Under the pieces are notes generated by a model. It searched no databases. It was given only the letters and a program-made list of their open reading frames with translations, and had not been told where the DNA came from. Made by a program: the position numbers and the translations under genes. Of a DNA stretch of 64,000 nt, positions 7,643 to 17,653 are shown in pieces; the stretch's first letter is position 1, and each line of letters begins with the position of its first letter. Source of the stretch: Promethearchaeota archaeon (GTDB lineage: Archaea; Asgardarchaeota; Lokiarchaeia; Sigyniarchaeales; SOKP01); NCBI GenBank assembly GCA_011364925.1, contig RDOA01000006.1, positions 1 through 64,000 of the forward strand, given 5' to 3'.

Positions 7643-10600
7643 TTGATAAACATGTCTAAACAGCTATTTAATAAAAAACAGAAGTTGTTCTTTTTGATTT
7701 TCTTGACTTGCGGAATGACGGTAACCTTTTTGGGTTTACCTTTCTTTAACTCGTATTTATTTACCGATATCTCCGAAAAAAGTAATCCTATTGAATTAGA
7801 TAATCAATTTAACCAGCCTAAAATCGCTGAATATCAAAGTTATAGCGGTAGTGGTGAGATGTTAAACATTACCTTACACCAGTCTTTAATCAACACATCA
7901 AATATTCAGATTAATTACTTGACAGGAACTTATAGTTTTTTTGAGGCAAGTCCACCATTCACGGGATTTAAAAGTTCCTTTACTAACATTACAGTTGATA
8001 ATATTAATGCTTACAATCAAAGCATTACGATCGAAGATGATGCTATCGATGGTGGAGACGATGTCGCAACAATATCTGTAACTGCATTTACTGTTCCTTC
8101 AAGTTGCTACATATTAAACGCTTCTTTCTATGTTCGTGTAGCTTTAGGTAGCCCAACGGCGACAATTTACTTATATAGCTCCACGTGGGATTCGGGAAAT
8201 AGTAGATCTACGCCGACAGGATCAGGAAAAAATATTGGGTCATTTTCTCCTCCAAGTACTAATTGGTATAATATAGAATTAACAAAGACTTTCTTAAATA
8301 ATTCCCAGACAGCAAATAATACGTGGTTCATTGGTTTATACAACTCAGTTCCAGCTACTACTCTAGAATGGCGATTTGTTGATGATATTTCGAATGGGGA
8401 TAATTCGGATGCTTACAGGTTTTCAGCGGGATGGAATTTTGAAAGTAAAGATTATGAGTGCCGAGTTTTTCTTTCACCGATAAATCCAACACCAAATCCA
8501 GAAGATATAGGACTAAAAATTAACAATACGATTGTTAATGGATATCCGAATATTAATGGTTCTGGTTACTGGTCGTCCTATGAAGCTGTGGGTAGCCTCT
8601 CAGGGAATATCCAATTTGATATTAATGCAGATTGGTATAATATCTCTTGTGATATACCAAAAGTACAGATTAATTATACAAAGTCAGACATTCAAGCAAT
8701 TTCTTCATTTGATATTTCCAGTAGTGGCCTTGATGTAAACTGGAATGTTACTGTACCATCTGGTTTGAATTATTTCGATTCGAGATTAAATAATTATGTA
8801 ATAAATTATACAATTCCACGCATTTGGCACGAAGGTTCTATTAGAGTATTTAATGGTTCCACAGAAAAAACAGTCTTTAAAAGATTGCTTAACAATGGAT
8901 ATCGAGAAATACAAGTTTTAAACGCGGGTAATGGTATGTATTGGTACTTAAACGCAACATCATCTAATTTATTCTCCTCAATTGATACCTATGTAGGTGG
9001 AATAGCTTTAAGTAGAGTTAACCATTCAGACATAGTTAGATTAAATACAACATTTATTGAGACGATTTATGATGGGATATTAAACCTAAGCATTTTTACT
9101 CCAAATCAGGGCTATTTAAACCATACAAAAATAATTGATCTTACTCCCATAGGAGCAGATAATGAATTTTTTGTATCAGATTGGGATGTATCTGTAAATG
9201 TTACTGAATATGGTGCTTTTAAAATTCAAGTGTCTTGGAATAACGATACTGCTGCGGGATTATTAGAAGATTATATTACGGTCATAGCTGATACTAGCTT
9301 AACCTTGCAACCCTATCCGTTAAAATATACCTTTAATTCCAGTGCTACATTCAATTTAACAGTATTCTATCAAGACACAGGTTTAAGTGCAGGTGTCGAA
9401 GCAGATAGTATAAGATATCAGATTGGAAGTGGTGGTCAAAGAGATGCTAGTAGTTTCTATATTGGTGGTGGTTATTATAATATTACAATTGATGCAAACG
9501 ATGCAGATTTCAATTATGGTTCAAATACGATAATTGTAAGCGTAGAAAAGACTTATTATAATAACCAAACCGAATCTGAGGCGTTTACTATATTAGCTGA
9601 AACCGATGCTTATATAACTTATCCAGCTATGAACGATATTTTTGATTCAGGAGATACGATTGAACTTGAACTTTATTATAATGATACAATTAAAAATTCA
9701 GGAATTGGAGGTGCTACAATTGAATATAGCCTTGGAGGATCACCATTTAGAATAGATGCTGCAATAACAGATTATGGGACGGGTTATTATAATATAACGA
9801 TTTCTGCTTCTGATGGGGATTTTGGAGGTTATGGAATTAAAGACATTGATGTAAACATTAATATGGATTATCATTATAATCAGTCCGAATCAGTTACTAT
9901 TAAATTATTAGGGGAGACTTCACCGATAGCACCTGTAAGGGTTCCAAATAAAGCATACTATACTGCTGCTGAAACATTTAATATTTCACTATATTTTGAA
10001 GACAGCGTTAAAAGTATAGGAATAAGTGGAGCGACTATAACAGTAGACATAGGTGGAACCGTCTATAATCCTACTGCGTTAACCGACTATGGTGATGGAA
10101 ACTACGATCTGATAATAGATTGTAGCGATGTAATCTTTAGTAGCTATGGAGTTTTTCCAATCAGAATTAATGCAACTAAAACAAACTACTATAACCAAAC
10201 ATATACTTTAGACACATTAATTGTAGGAAACGAGTCACTTTCGGTGCAGGCGCCTAATTCTGGTGCAGTTTATACTATAGGTCAGAGTTTTGATATAACT
10301 ATCGAATATATTGACACAATTTTAAGTACTGGAATTGACGGAGCAACAATCGAATATAGTCTTAATGGAGGATCCACATTTAATTCAACTGGTGTGAATT
10401 CTATCGGACCTGGCCAATATAATATAACGATTTATGCTAGTGATGCTGATTTTGTTAGTTTCGGCTTTGTTGATGTCATTATTGATGCTTCCAAGCAATA
10501 TTATGAAAATAGGTCAACAACTTATACGTTCCATAGGCAAATAACTACTCAAATTGCTCCTCAAAATGCAGTAGATTTAGGGACAGTAATAAAAGGACTT

Positions 10601-13258
10601 AATATCACATATACCTTTAACTATTCTGACACAAATTTAAAATCTATAGATCGCGTTAATTGGACGAGAATAAGTGCTGAGGCTAATTTTGGAGCATGGT
10701 TAGAGAATTTAGGAAATGGCAATTATACTATGCATTTAGATACTACAAATGTACTTGTTACGGGCGTACCGTATGTATACGAGTTTATTGTTTACGCTGT
10801 TGGAAATGAAACGCAGACTTTGAGTTTAACGGTTAATGTGCTAATTATTGATACTGATGTAACAGTCAATTCATATATTCCATTAATTGCAAGAAATTCA
10901 GGCTTAAATCAAACGGTTAAATTCTACTTCAATGACACAACAAATAATCTTCCTGTTTTAAATATCGCTACAAATAATATTATTGTTAAAAATTACGCTA
11001 CGGGTATAGCTTTTGGTGCTGGACAATTTTGGCTCTATGATCCATACAATAATGGCACATATATCTTAGATATTACCATGGGAACCAGAAATTCAGGATG
11101 GTACACACTAGAAGTCAACGCATCGAAGTTTCCAAACTATGACTACACGCTATTTAATGTGAGCTTTTATTATAGAGGTAATTACACTGATATTAATCTC
11201 ATATCGTTATCGGACCCAAGCGGCCCACTTGTGCCGACTGGATTGTATAATTACACCATATTTGAAGGAAGCGATCTTGTAATTGAATTCAATATAACTG
11301 ATTCAGAATTTCTTGATACTTTAATCGTGGGTGATGCAGATTTGTATACAGTTAGATATACTAATTTAGGTACTGGATCGAACGGTGTTCTTGCTACTAG
11401 TCTAAATTTTATAACGATTCTACATAGAGGAACAATTTACACCTCAAATCCTGCCCTAACCGTAGGTAGATATCTATTAAACCTTACAACTTCGAGAACA
11501 AACTATGAAGATGCTTGGTTCACTTTCAATTTAACAATAACCGCAAAATACCAAACTAATTTAACTATAGTATTTGCGCCTACTCAGGTCAACGCAGGGG
11601 ATGAATTGACGATTATCTTAAAAGCTGAATACAATAATGGAACAATGTGGTTACCTATAGTTAATGGAGCAATCAGAATGACACCTTACTTCAATGGGCT
11701 CCTTTCCACAATTCAAAACGATATTACAAATACTTCAGGTGAGATAAAGTTCGTTATTATTACGGGGAGTAATGTCAGAAGCATAAATATAACTATTGAA
11801 CTTATTGTTGCATATAATTACCAAAATAAGTTATATAACATCCCTGCTTCACAAATAACAGTGATACCACCAACACCGCCTTTAACCTTCGATGACTTCC
11901 TTCCCTACATAATTATAATAGGCGCTGCCTTGGCTGTAGTAGTTACTGCGGTAGCAACCTATCGAGGTGTTGTTGTCCCTAAAAAGAAGGAAAAGCAACG
12001 CATATTAACCGAAGTGAAAACTATTTTTGACGATGCAATTAATCTAGAACACATCTTAGTATTATATAAAGGAACCGGAACTTGTATTTTCTTCAAATCT
12101 TATGGTTCAGAACAAATCGATCCTGAGTTAATAGGAGGTTTTCTATCTGCAGTTTCTTCGTTTGGCAAGGAAATGGCTACTCAAGCAGCGTTGAATGAAA
12201 TTTCCTATGGAGATAAAATGCTACTTTTAGCAGATGGATATCTAATAAGAGTTGCCCTGGTATTAGGGAAAAATGCATCGCTAATTCTACGAAGACATTT
12301 AAAAGAATTCATTGAAATGTTTGAGAATAATTACAAGGATATTCTTCCAAACTGGCGTGGTCAATTAAATTACTTCAAGAATGCTGGGATGATTGTCGAT
12401 GACATCTTGAATACATCAATCATACTTCCTCATCAGATTTCTTATGATTTCTCAAGTGTAAAGGACTTAAAAAATCCTCACTCGAGGGATATATTGAAAG
12501 TTGCACAGAGTTGTTGCGAAGAAGCTGAGAGAGAATTCTTTTTTATTGCAACCTTATTAAAAGAAGCTTCTGAGAGGACTAGTAAAGATACTGCAGAAAT
12601 TTTTATGGGAATTAAGGAATTAAGAGATAAAAAAATGTTAATCCCTATAGAAATCTCTGCCATTGAAGCTCAACCAATTTCTCAACAAGAATTAAACTTG
12701 ATTAACCAGAAAGTTGGAGCATTAACGAATTTAACCAGCGAAGAAAAACAAAAATTAGTGCAGGATCTTGCTCAATTAGGTCCAATTGAAAGGGAAGCAT
12801 ATCTTACTAGTTTAACCAAACAGGCTGAAATAGTTACTGCACCAATCAAAACTTCCGTTGAAGGATTTGATGTGGAGAATAAGAAATCTGCGAAAAAAGG
12901 AATTAAAGAGTTATTGAAGCGTGGAAAAATGGCACATGGAAAGAAAGATTACATTAGAGCTATTGAACTCTACGAAAGTGCAGCAATGTTAGCTTCCAAT
13001 TGGGAACTAGCTGACGATTATCTCAGAATCGAAGAAACAATTCGTAAGACCAAGATTGAAGATATGATGGAAAAGAAGACCAACTTAGAAAAAGAAGCTA
13101 AAGAAGCAGTTAAAGCAAAGAATTACGCTGAAGCTGCTGCCAAGTATAAGTACGCTTCGAGAATGGCCTCTGAAATTTTTAAATTAGGTGATACAGCTAT
13201 GACAAAAGAAGTAAAAAGATTAACTAACAAATCCAACGAATACGAGAAATTAAAATAA
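7643..13258 (+). CDS. Giant single-pass surface glycoprotein: Ig-like repeats, TM helix, cytoplasmic longin-like + winged-helix-like + TPR/MIT-like domains
   Basis: N-terminal signal/anchor, then ~100-aa repeats (Y.DT...GI.GATI...G.G.Y.ITI...K.YY.NQ) with many N-x-S/T sequons. A PPTPP linker precedes the TM YIIIIGAALAVVVTAVATY, followed by the longin-like segment 'IDPELIGGFLSAVSSFGKE...FENNYKDILPNWRG'. Confidence 0.85.
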   Translation: MINMSKQLFNKKQKLFFLIFLTCGMTVTFLGLPFFNSYLFTDISEKSNPIELDNQFNQPKIAEYQSYSGSGEMLNITLHQSLINTSNIQINYLTGTYSFFEASPPFTGFKSSFTNITVDNINAYNQSITIEDDAIDGGDDVATISVTAFTVPSSCYILNASFYVRVALGSPTATIYLYSSTWDSGNSRSTPTGSGKNIGSFSPPSTNWYNIELTKTFLNNSQTANNTWFIGLYNSVPATTLEWRFVDDISNGDNSDAYRFSAGWNFESKDYECRVFLSPINPTPNPEDIGLKINNTIVNGYPNINGSGYWSSYEAVGSLSGNIQFDINADWYNISCDIPKVQINYTKSDIQAISSFDISSSGLDVNWNVTVPSGLNYFDSRLNNYVINYTIPRIWHEGSIRVFNGSTEKTVFKRLLNNGYREIQVLNAGNGMYWYLNATSSNLFSSIDTYVGGIALSRVNHSDIVRLNTTFIETIYDGILNLSIFTPNQGYLNHTKIIDLTPIGADNEFFVSDWDVSVNVTEYGAFKIQVSWNNDTAAGLLEDYITVIADTSLTLQPYPLKYTFNSSATFNLTVFYQDTGLSAGVEADSIRYQIGSGGQRDASSFYIGGGYYNITIDANDADFNYGSNTIIVSVEKTYYNNQTESEAFTILAETDAYITYPAMNDIFDSGDTIELELYYNDTIKNSGIGGATIEYSLGGSPFRIDAAITDYGTGYYNITISASDGDFGGYGIKDIDVNINMDYHYNQSESVTIKLLGETSPIAPVRVPNKAYYTAAETFNISLYFEDSVKSIGISGATITVDIGGTVYNPTALTDYGDGNYDLIIDCSDVIFSSYGVFPIRINATKTNYYNQTYTLDTLIVGNESLSVQAPNSGAVYTIGQSFDITIEYIDTILSTGIDGATIEYSLNGGSTFNSTGVNSIGPGQYNITIYASDADFVSFGFVDVIIDASKQYYENRSTTYTFHRQITTQIAPQNAVDLGTVIKGLNITYTFNYSDTNLKSIDRVNWTRISAEANFGAWLENLGNGNYTMHLDTTNVLVTGVPYVYEFIVYAVGNETQTLSLTVNVLIIDTDVTVNSYIPLIARNSGLNQTVKFYFNDTTNNLPVLNIATNNIIVKNYATGIAFGAGQFWLYDPYNNGTYILDITMGTRNSGWYTLEVNASKFPNYDYTLFNVSFYYRGNYTDINLISLSDPSGPLVPTGLYNYTIFEGSDLVIEFNITDSEFLDTLIVGDADLYTVRYTNLGTGSNGVLATSLNFITILHRGTIYTSNPALTVGRYLLNLTTSRTNYEDAWFTFNLTITAKYQTNLTIVFAPTQVNAGDELTIILKAEYNNGTMWLPIVNGAIRMTPYFNGLLSTIQNDITNTSGEIKFVIITGSNVRSINITIELIVAYNYQNKLYNIPASQITVIPPTPPLTFDDFLPYIIIIGAALAVVVTAVATYRGVVVPKKKEKQRILTEVKTIFDDAINLEHILVLYKGTGTCIFFKSYGSEQIDPELIGGFLSAVSSFGKEMATQAALNEISYGDKMLLLADGYLIRVALVLGKNASLILRRHLKEFIEMFENNYKDILPNWRGQLNYFKNAGMIVDDILNTSIILPHQISYDFSSVKDLKNPHSRDILKVAQSCCEEAEREFFFIATLLKEASERTSKDTAEIFMGIKELRDKKMLIPIEISAIEAQPISQQELNLINQKVGALTNLTSEEKQKLVQDLAQLGPIEREAYLTSLTKQAEIVTAPIKTSVEGFDVENKKSAKKGIKELLKRGKMAHGKKDYIRAIELYESAAMLASNWELADDYLRIEETIRKTKIEDMMEKKTNLEKEAKEAVKAKNYAEAAAKYKYASRMASEIFKLGDTAMTKEVKRLTNKSNEYEKLK

Positions 13259-13328
13259 ATTATATTATTTTTATAAAACTATTTTTTATTATTTTAATAT
13301 TATTTTAAAAAAGTAAGATATATTTATA

Positions 13329-14615
13329 TCAATCATTTATACCATTTTCTGTTATTGAGAATACTGCTTCTCCTTCTGGTAAATGGGGCGCGTCTATCAT
13401 TTTTGCTACTCGTTGTTCTCCTTTTCCTTTTCTTAAATACACTCTAATAGTTGATCCGTGGGCGACGATGTTTCCTCCGGCAGCTACAGTGGGATTTCCA
13501 TAAAAAACATCGGGTTTAGACTGGACTTGGTTTGTTACTATGACACTCAACTCAGGAAAAATATCGGTCAATCTTAGTAAATCGTGTAAGTGGGCATTTA
13601 TAGTTTGTTGTCTATTTGCAAGAGTACCCCTTCCTACATATTCGCTTCTGAAATGACCAATTAGAGAATCAACAACGATGAGTTTTATATTTTTCTCCCT
13701 AATAAGATTCGTTGCCTCCTTTATTAATAATACTTGGTGATCAGAATTATAGGCTCGACCGAAAACTATATTCTTTAAAACTTTCTTATGATCTAAGTCA
13801 AGTCCTTCAGCCATTTGAATAATTCTTTCAGGTCTGAAAGTACCTTCAGTATCAATATACAATGCATTCCCTTCTAAACCCCCGTCTTCTTTCGGCAATT
13901 GAACATTAACACATAATTGATGAGCTAATTGAGTTTTTCCAGTTCTAAATTCACCAAACAATTCAATCACACATCCAGTCTCAATTCCACCGCCAAAGAG
14001 ATTATCAAGTTCCTGACTACCCGTTGTGATTCTTGCTATATTTTTCCTATGTTCCCACACGGCCTCAGCCGATTTAAATCCAATATCTAACTTCTCCATT
14101 GAAGCTTTTATTAGTTTTGCAGTTGTTTTATCACCCAATCCAGATTCCTCTTGTATTATGCTAGGAGGTGTATAGGCAATTGATTCTAGGCTACTAAAAC
14201 CAGCTTTTATTAATTTTTTAAGCGTAGCTTCTCCTACGCCCGGTAGCTTTTTAACCGCGTCTACGCATTCACTTTCACCAATATTCAAAGGTAAATCCTC
14301 ATTATCGAAATCTTCATCTTCCCCATTTTCGTTTTGGACTTCATCTTCATCCATCTCACCAGGAAGATATTCGTCCTCTGGCAAATACTCTTCGTCTTCA
14401 GGAAAAGATTCCTCATCTTCAGTTACATTGCTATCTTCGAGTTGTGTGTCACCAGCTTCAATATCGGAAGATTTATCTTCTACTCCAAACTTAGCAAAAT
14501 TTAAGTGTTCTTTGTAAATCTTGCCTTTGGTATGATTGCGCTTACATTCTTGACAATAATATGGTTCTCCGATAGTAGGTTGACTTCCATTACTTGTTTC
14601 ACTTGCTTTAGCCAA
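13329..14615 (-). CDS. radA: DNA repair and recombination protein RadA with an N-terminal Zn-finger-like and acidic extension
   Basis: HhH motif LPGVG, polymerisation motif GFKSA, Walker [23 protein letters not shown], Walker B LIVVDS, and TNQV. Confidence 0.95.
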   Translation of the reverse strand: MAKASETSNGSQPTIGEPYYCQECKRNHTKGKIYKEHLNFAKFGVEDKSSDIEAGDTQLEDSNVTEDEESFPEDEEYLPEDEYLPGEMDEDEVQNENGEDEDFDNEDLPLNIGESECVDAVKKLPGVGEATLKKLIKAGFSSLESIAYTPPSIIQEESGLGDKTTAKLIKASMEKLDIGFKSAEAVWEHRKNIARITTGSQELDNLFGGGIETGCVIELFGEFRTGKTQLAHQLCVNVQLPKEDGGLEGNALYIDTEGTFRPERIIQMAEGLDLDHKKVLKNIVFGRAYNSDHQVLLIKEATNLIREKNIKLIVVDSLIGHFRSEYVGRGTLANRQQTINAHLHDLLRLTDIFPELSVIVTNQVQSKPDVFYGNPTVAAGGNIVAHGSTIRVYLRKGKGEQRVAKMIDAPHLPEGEAVFSITENGIND

Positions 14616-14860
14616 TTTTTATCACATTTAACTTAAAGTTAGTGTAATTTTTATATTTCTATTCAATTATAGTATAAATATTGCAAAAGTTATTTTAAAA
14701 AGAATAGACACCTAATTTACTAGAATTCTAAAATATTAACTTCTTAATACAATCTCTTGAGAAATGAGTCTTTTCTATGAATTATTAGCATAATCAATAT
14801 TTAAGAAAAAAACAATAGTATTATATTGTATTTATTGTATTTCTTGTTGTTGGTTAAAAT

Positions 14861-16105
14861 ATGAATGATGTATTAGATTTTGAATATTATCCGAATATAG
14901 ACACTAAATTACTAGACAAATCAAAAGGTAGAATCCTTTCAAATAAAGACAAGTGGGATACTCCATTTTTTACTGATACTGAATCCTACATTGACATGGG
15001 AGAACTCCAGCAAGTATCGAAAGATTTATCAGAAAAAGGACTAAAAAATGTAATTGTTCTAGGCACTGGAGGTTCGATCCAAACTTTACTTGCTTTAAGG
15101 CATTTATCAAAAAGGAATTTATATCCTATCACCAGTTCTCGAGCAGTAGAGTTGAAACATTGTCTTGATCACACCAATCCTGAAGATTCCATAGTTATTC
15201 CGATTTCTCGTGGAGGGGAGACTTTAGATGTTAATTCTACGATTGGAACTTTTTTAAAAAAAAATTATGAGTTTTTAGGGCTTTCATCGCAAGGTACTCT
15301 GTATCATATGCTAAAGAAGATTGGGTGTCCCATTCTCGACGTACCAGATTTATCTGGCCGTTTTGTTGGATCCATTTCTAATGTAGGAATTCTTCCCGCT
15401 CTTCTATTAGGAATTAATATTGAAGATTTTTTATCTGGATTGAAAGATGGGTATAATAAATATATGAATTTTATGAATAATCCTGCTTTAGAATATTCTG
15501 CATTTCTCTATAATTTGTATAAAAAAGAGTATAAGGTAATATTTTCTATGCCTTATTCAATGAATCTGGAAGGAAGTATTGGACTATTTGTTCAAGAGAT
15601 TTCAGAGAGTACGGGAAAAGAAGAAAAAGGATTTATGGGGGCGTATCAATCAGCACCGTTATGTCAGCATTCCGTATTGGAATATCTCTTGGGAGGCACA
15701 AAAGGAACTGTGATTCCTGTATTATGGACTATCGAAAATGAGATCTCAGATATTATTTTGGAATCTTCAATTGATTATATTCAAAAACAAAGCGCTCAAT
15801 CTATTGTAAATTACCAAGCTGATGCTACTTTTCAAGCACTAATCGGACAAGAAGTGCCATCAGCAAAAATCACCATACAAAAATCAGATGAGCATAATAT
15901 TGGCAATTTAGTTGCGTTTATTCAATCAAGCGTTTATCAATTATGTTTATTACTAAATGTGAACTGGTCAAACAATCCAAAAGTGATTATCGGGAAAGAA
16001 ATCTGTAATAATGCTTTAAAAGATAAAACTTCCTCTGAGCAAAGAAAGAACGAAAGAGAAGAGTTAGCGACAAATGTTTTTAGTCAAAAATTCTATAAAA
16101 AATAA
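14861..16105 (+). CDS. Glucose-6-phosphate isomerase-like SIS-domain protein (divergent)
   Basis: LGTGGS, SRGGET, SGRF, QEISESTGK and QHS are recognisable variants of PGI family motifs. Confidence 0.7.
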   Translation: MNDVLDFEYYPNIDTKLLDKSKGRILSNKDKWDTPFFTDTESYIDMGELQQVSKDLSEKGLKNVIVLGTGGSIQTLLALRHLSKRNLYPITSSRAVELKHCLDHTNPEDSIVIPISRGGETLDVNSTIGTFLKKNYEFLGLSSQGTLYHMLKKIGCPILDVPDLSGRFVGSISNVGILPALLLGINIEDFLSGLKDGYNKYMNFMNNPALEYSAFLYNLYKKEYKVIFSMPYSMNLEGSIGLFVQEISESTGKEEKGFMGAYQSAPLCQHSVLEYLLGGTKGTVIPVLWTIENEISDIILESSIDYIQKQSAQSIVNYQADATFQALIGQEVPSAKITIQKSDEHNIGNLVAFIQSSVYQLCLLLNVNWSNNPKVIIGKEICNNALKDKTSSEQRKNEREELATNVFSQKFYKK

Positions 16106-16124
16106 GTCGATTCGTAAATTCCAT

Positions 16125-17558
16125 TTATTGTGTAATGAAAGCATCATATAAAACATTCACGGCTTTCTCACAATTTTTTCTATCAATTATTGCTGTAAAA
16201 TTCAATTCTGAAGAGCCTTGAGCAATCGCTAAGATGTTGATATTGTTGTCTCCTAATGAAGTGAACACTTTTCCAGCGATCCCTGGAGTGTAGAGGATTC
16301 CTGCGCCAATAATTGCAACTAAGGAGATATCGCTATCTAATTTTATTTTAAACCATTTTTCTCCAAAAAAATCGGAATTTCTCAATAAAAAGCTAACTTT
16401 TTTTGAGTCTTCATACTCGATTCCAAATGTGATATTGTTTTCTGAGGAACTTTGCGAAATAAAAACGATATTTATGTTATTTTCACCCAACAATGAAAAT
16501 AGTTTCGCAGCGGTTCCAGATAATGGAACCATTGTATCGCTTTCTAAGGTAACCATTGAAAGTTTTTCTATGGAAGTTATAGCTTTAATTACATCATCAT
16601 TCTTAGTAATTTCATTCGTAATTGTCGTAAAATCTTCAGAATCGGGTTCGTTGAAAAACCTTATTTCAGATTGAAGCCCTCCTTTTTCGTTAACATCAAG
16701 ACATAAAGGGTGGAGTACTTTCGCTCCAAAGAATGCTAACTCTTTAGCTTCTTTATAAGAAATTTTGCGAATAAGAGAAGATTTTTTAGAAATCCTTGGA
16801 TCTGCGTTAAGAAATCCTTTTACATCTTTCCAATATATGATCTTACATTGAAAATGATTTCGAAGAGCATATGCTAAAATAGCTGCTGATAAATCACTTC
16901 CTCCTCTTCCTAAAGTGGATATTTTATTGTCTTTCGTAGCACCATAATATCCACTTACGCAAATCAAATTATTATTATCCTTTAATAAAAGAGGATATAA
17001 AATTTCGTTTACGAGTATCTCTGTTTCTTCAAGTAAAGGAAGGGCTCTTCCAAAGTTATCGTTTGTTAATATTATTTTATCAGAGAAAAGATAATTTGAT
17101 TTGTGTCCTTGCGAAGTTAGATATTTGCTTAATAGGAATGTGCTGAGTTTTTCCCCATAAGATACGATCAAATCGTAAATGTCAGCACTTGGCCGTATTA
17201 GTCTAATAAGTCGTCCTAGTTGTTTTAATTCTTCAATGTTAGTTTGGAGAAATTCCACAGTTTCGGAGTATTCCATCCGATTTTTGTCTAATATATCGTT
17301 AACAAGTAGAATATGCATGTTGTATATTTCTTCAATAAGATCGTCGCAATTATTTTCTTCGCTACAAGATTTTTCGTAGAATTCTATTAATTTATTAGTC
17401 ATCCCTTGGATAGCTGAAACTACAATCAAGATCTTTGTAGATTTCATATACTTGTAAACTATACTATTAATCTGAAGATATGAATCTTTATTTTGTAAAC
17501 AGGAACCGCCAAACTTCATCACGGTTAAAGAATTTTTGTTACTTTCCATTTTTACCAA
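16125..17558 (-). CDS. lysC: Aspartate kinase with C-terminal ACT domains
   Basis: VMKFGGS, VVSA, SYGEKLS, TLGRGGSD, ADPR and ELAFFGAKVLHP motifs; two ACT domains. Confidence 0.93.
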   Translation of the reverse strand: MVKMESNKNSLTVMKFGGSCLQNKDSYLQINSIVYKYMKSTKILIVVSAIQGMTNKLIEFYEKSCSEENNCDDLIEEIYNMHILLVNDILDKNRMEYSETVEFLQTNIEELKQLGRLIRLIRPSADIYDLIVSYGEKLSTFLLSKYLTSQGHKSNYLFSDKIILTNDNFGRALPLLEETEILVNEILYPLLLKDNNNLICVSGYYGATKDNKISTLGRGGSDLSAAILAYALRNHFQCKIIYWKDVKGFLNADPRISKKSSLIRKISYKEAKELAFFGAKVLHPLCLDVNEKGGLQSEIRFFNEPDSEDFTTITNEITKNDDVIKAITSIEKLSMVTLESDTMVPLSGTAAKLFSLLGENNINIVFISQSSSENNITFGIEYEDSKKVSFLLRNSDFFGEKWFKIKLDSDISLVAIIGAGILYTPGIAGKVFTSLGDNNINILAIAQGSSELNFTAIIDRKNCEKAVNVLYDAFITQ

Positions 17559-17576
17559 AAATCTTAATTAACCTTA

Positions 17577-17621
17577 TATTGGTATAAAAAAAATGTAGGA
17601 CTTATAGGTTTTTCTTAAAAT
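17577..17621. repeat. 45-bp direct repeat, copy 1 (upstream of lysC; contains a minus-strand BRE/TATA-like element)
   Basis: tattggtataaaaaaaatgtaggacttataggtttttcttaaaat is 42/45 identical to 18839-18883. Confidence 0.85.
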
Positions 17622-17653
17622 AAAGAATAAAGATCTGAGACCTAAAATCATTT

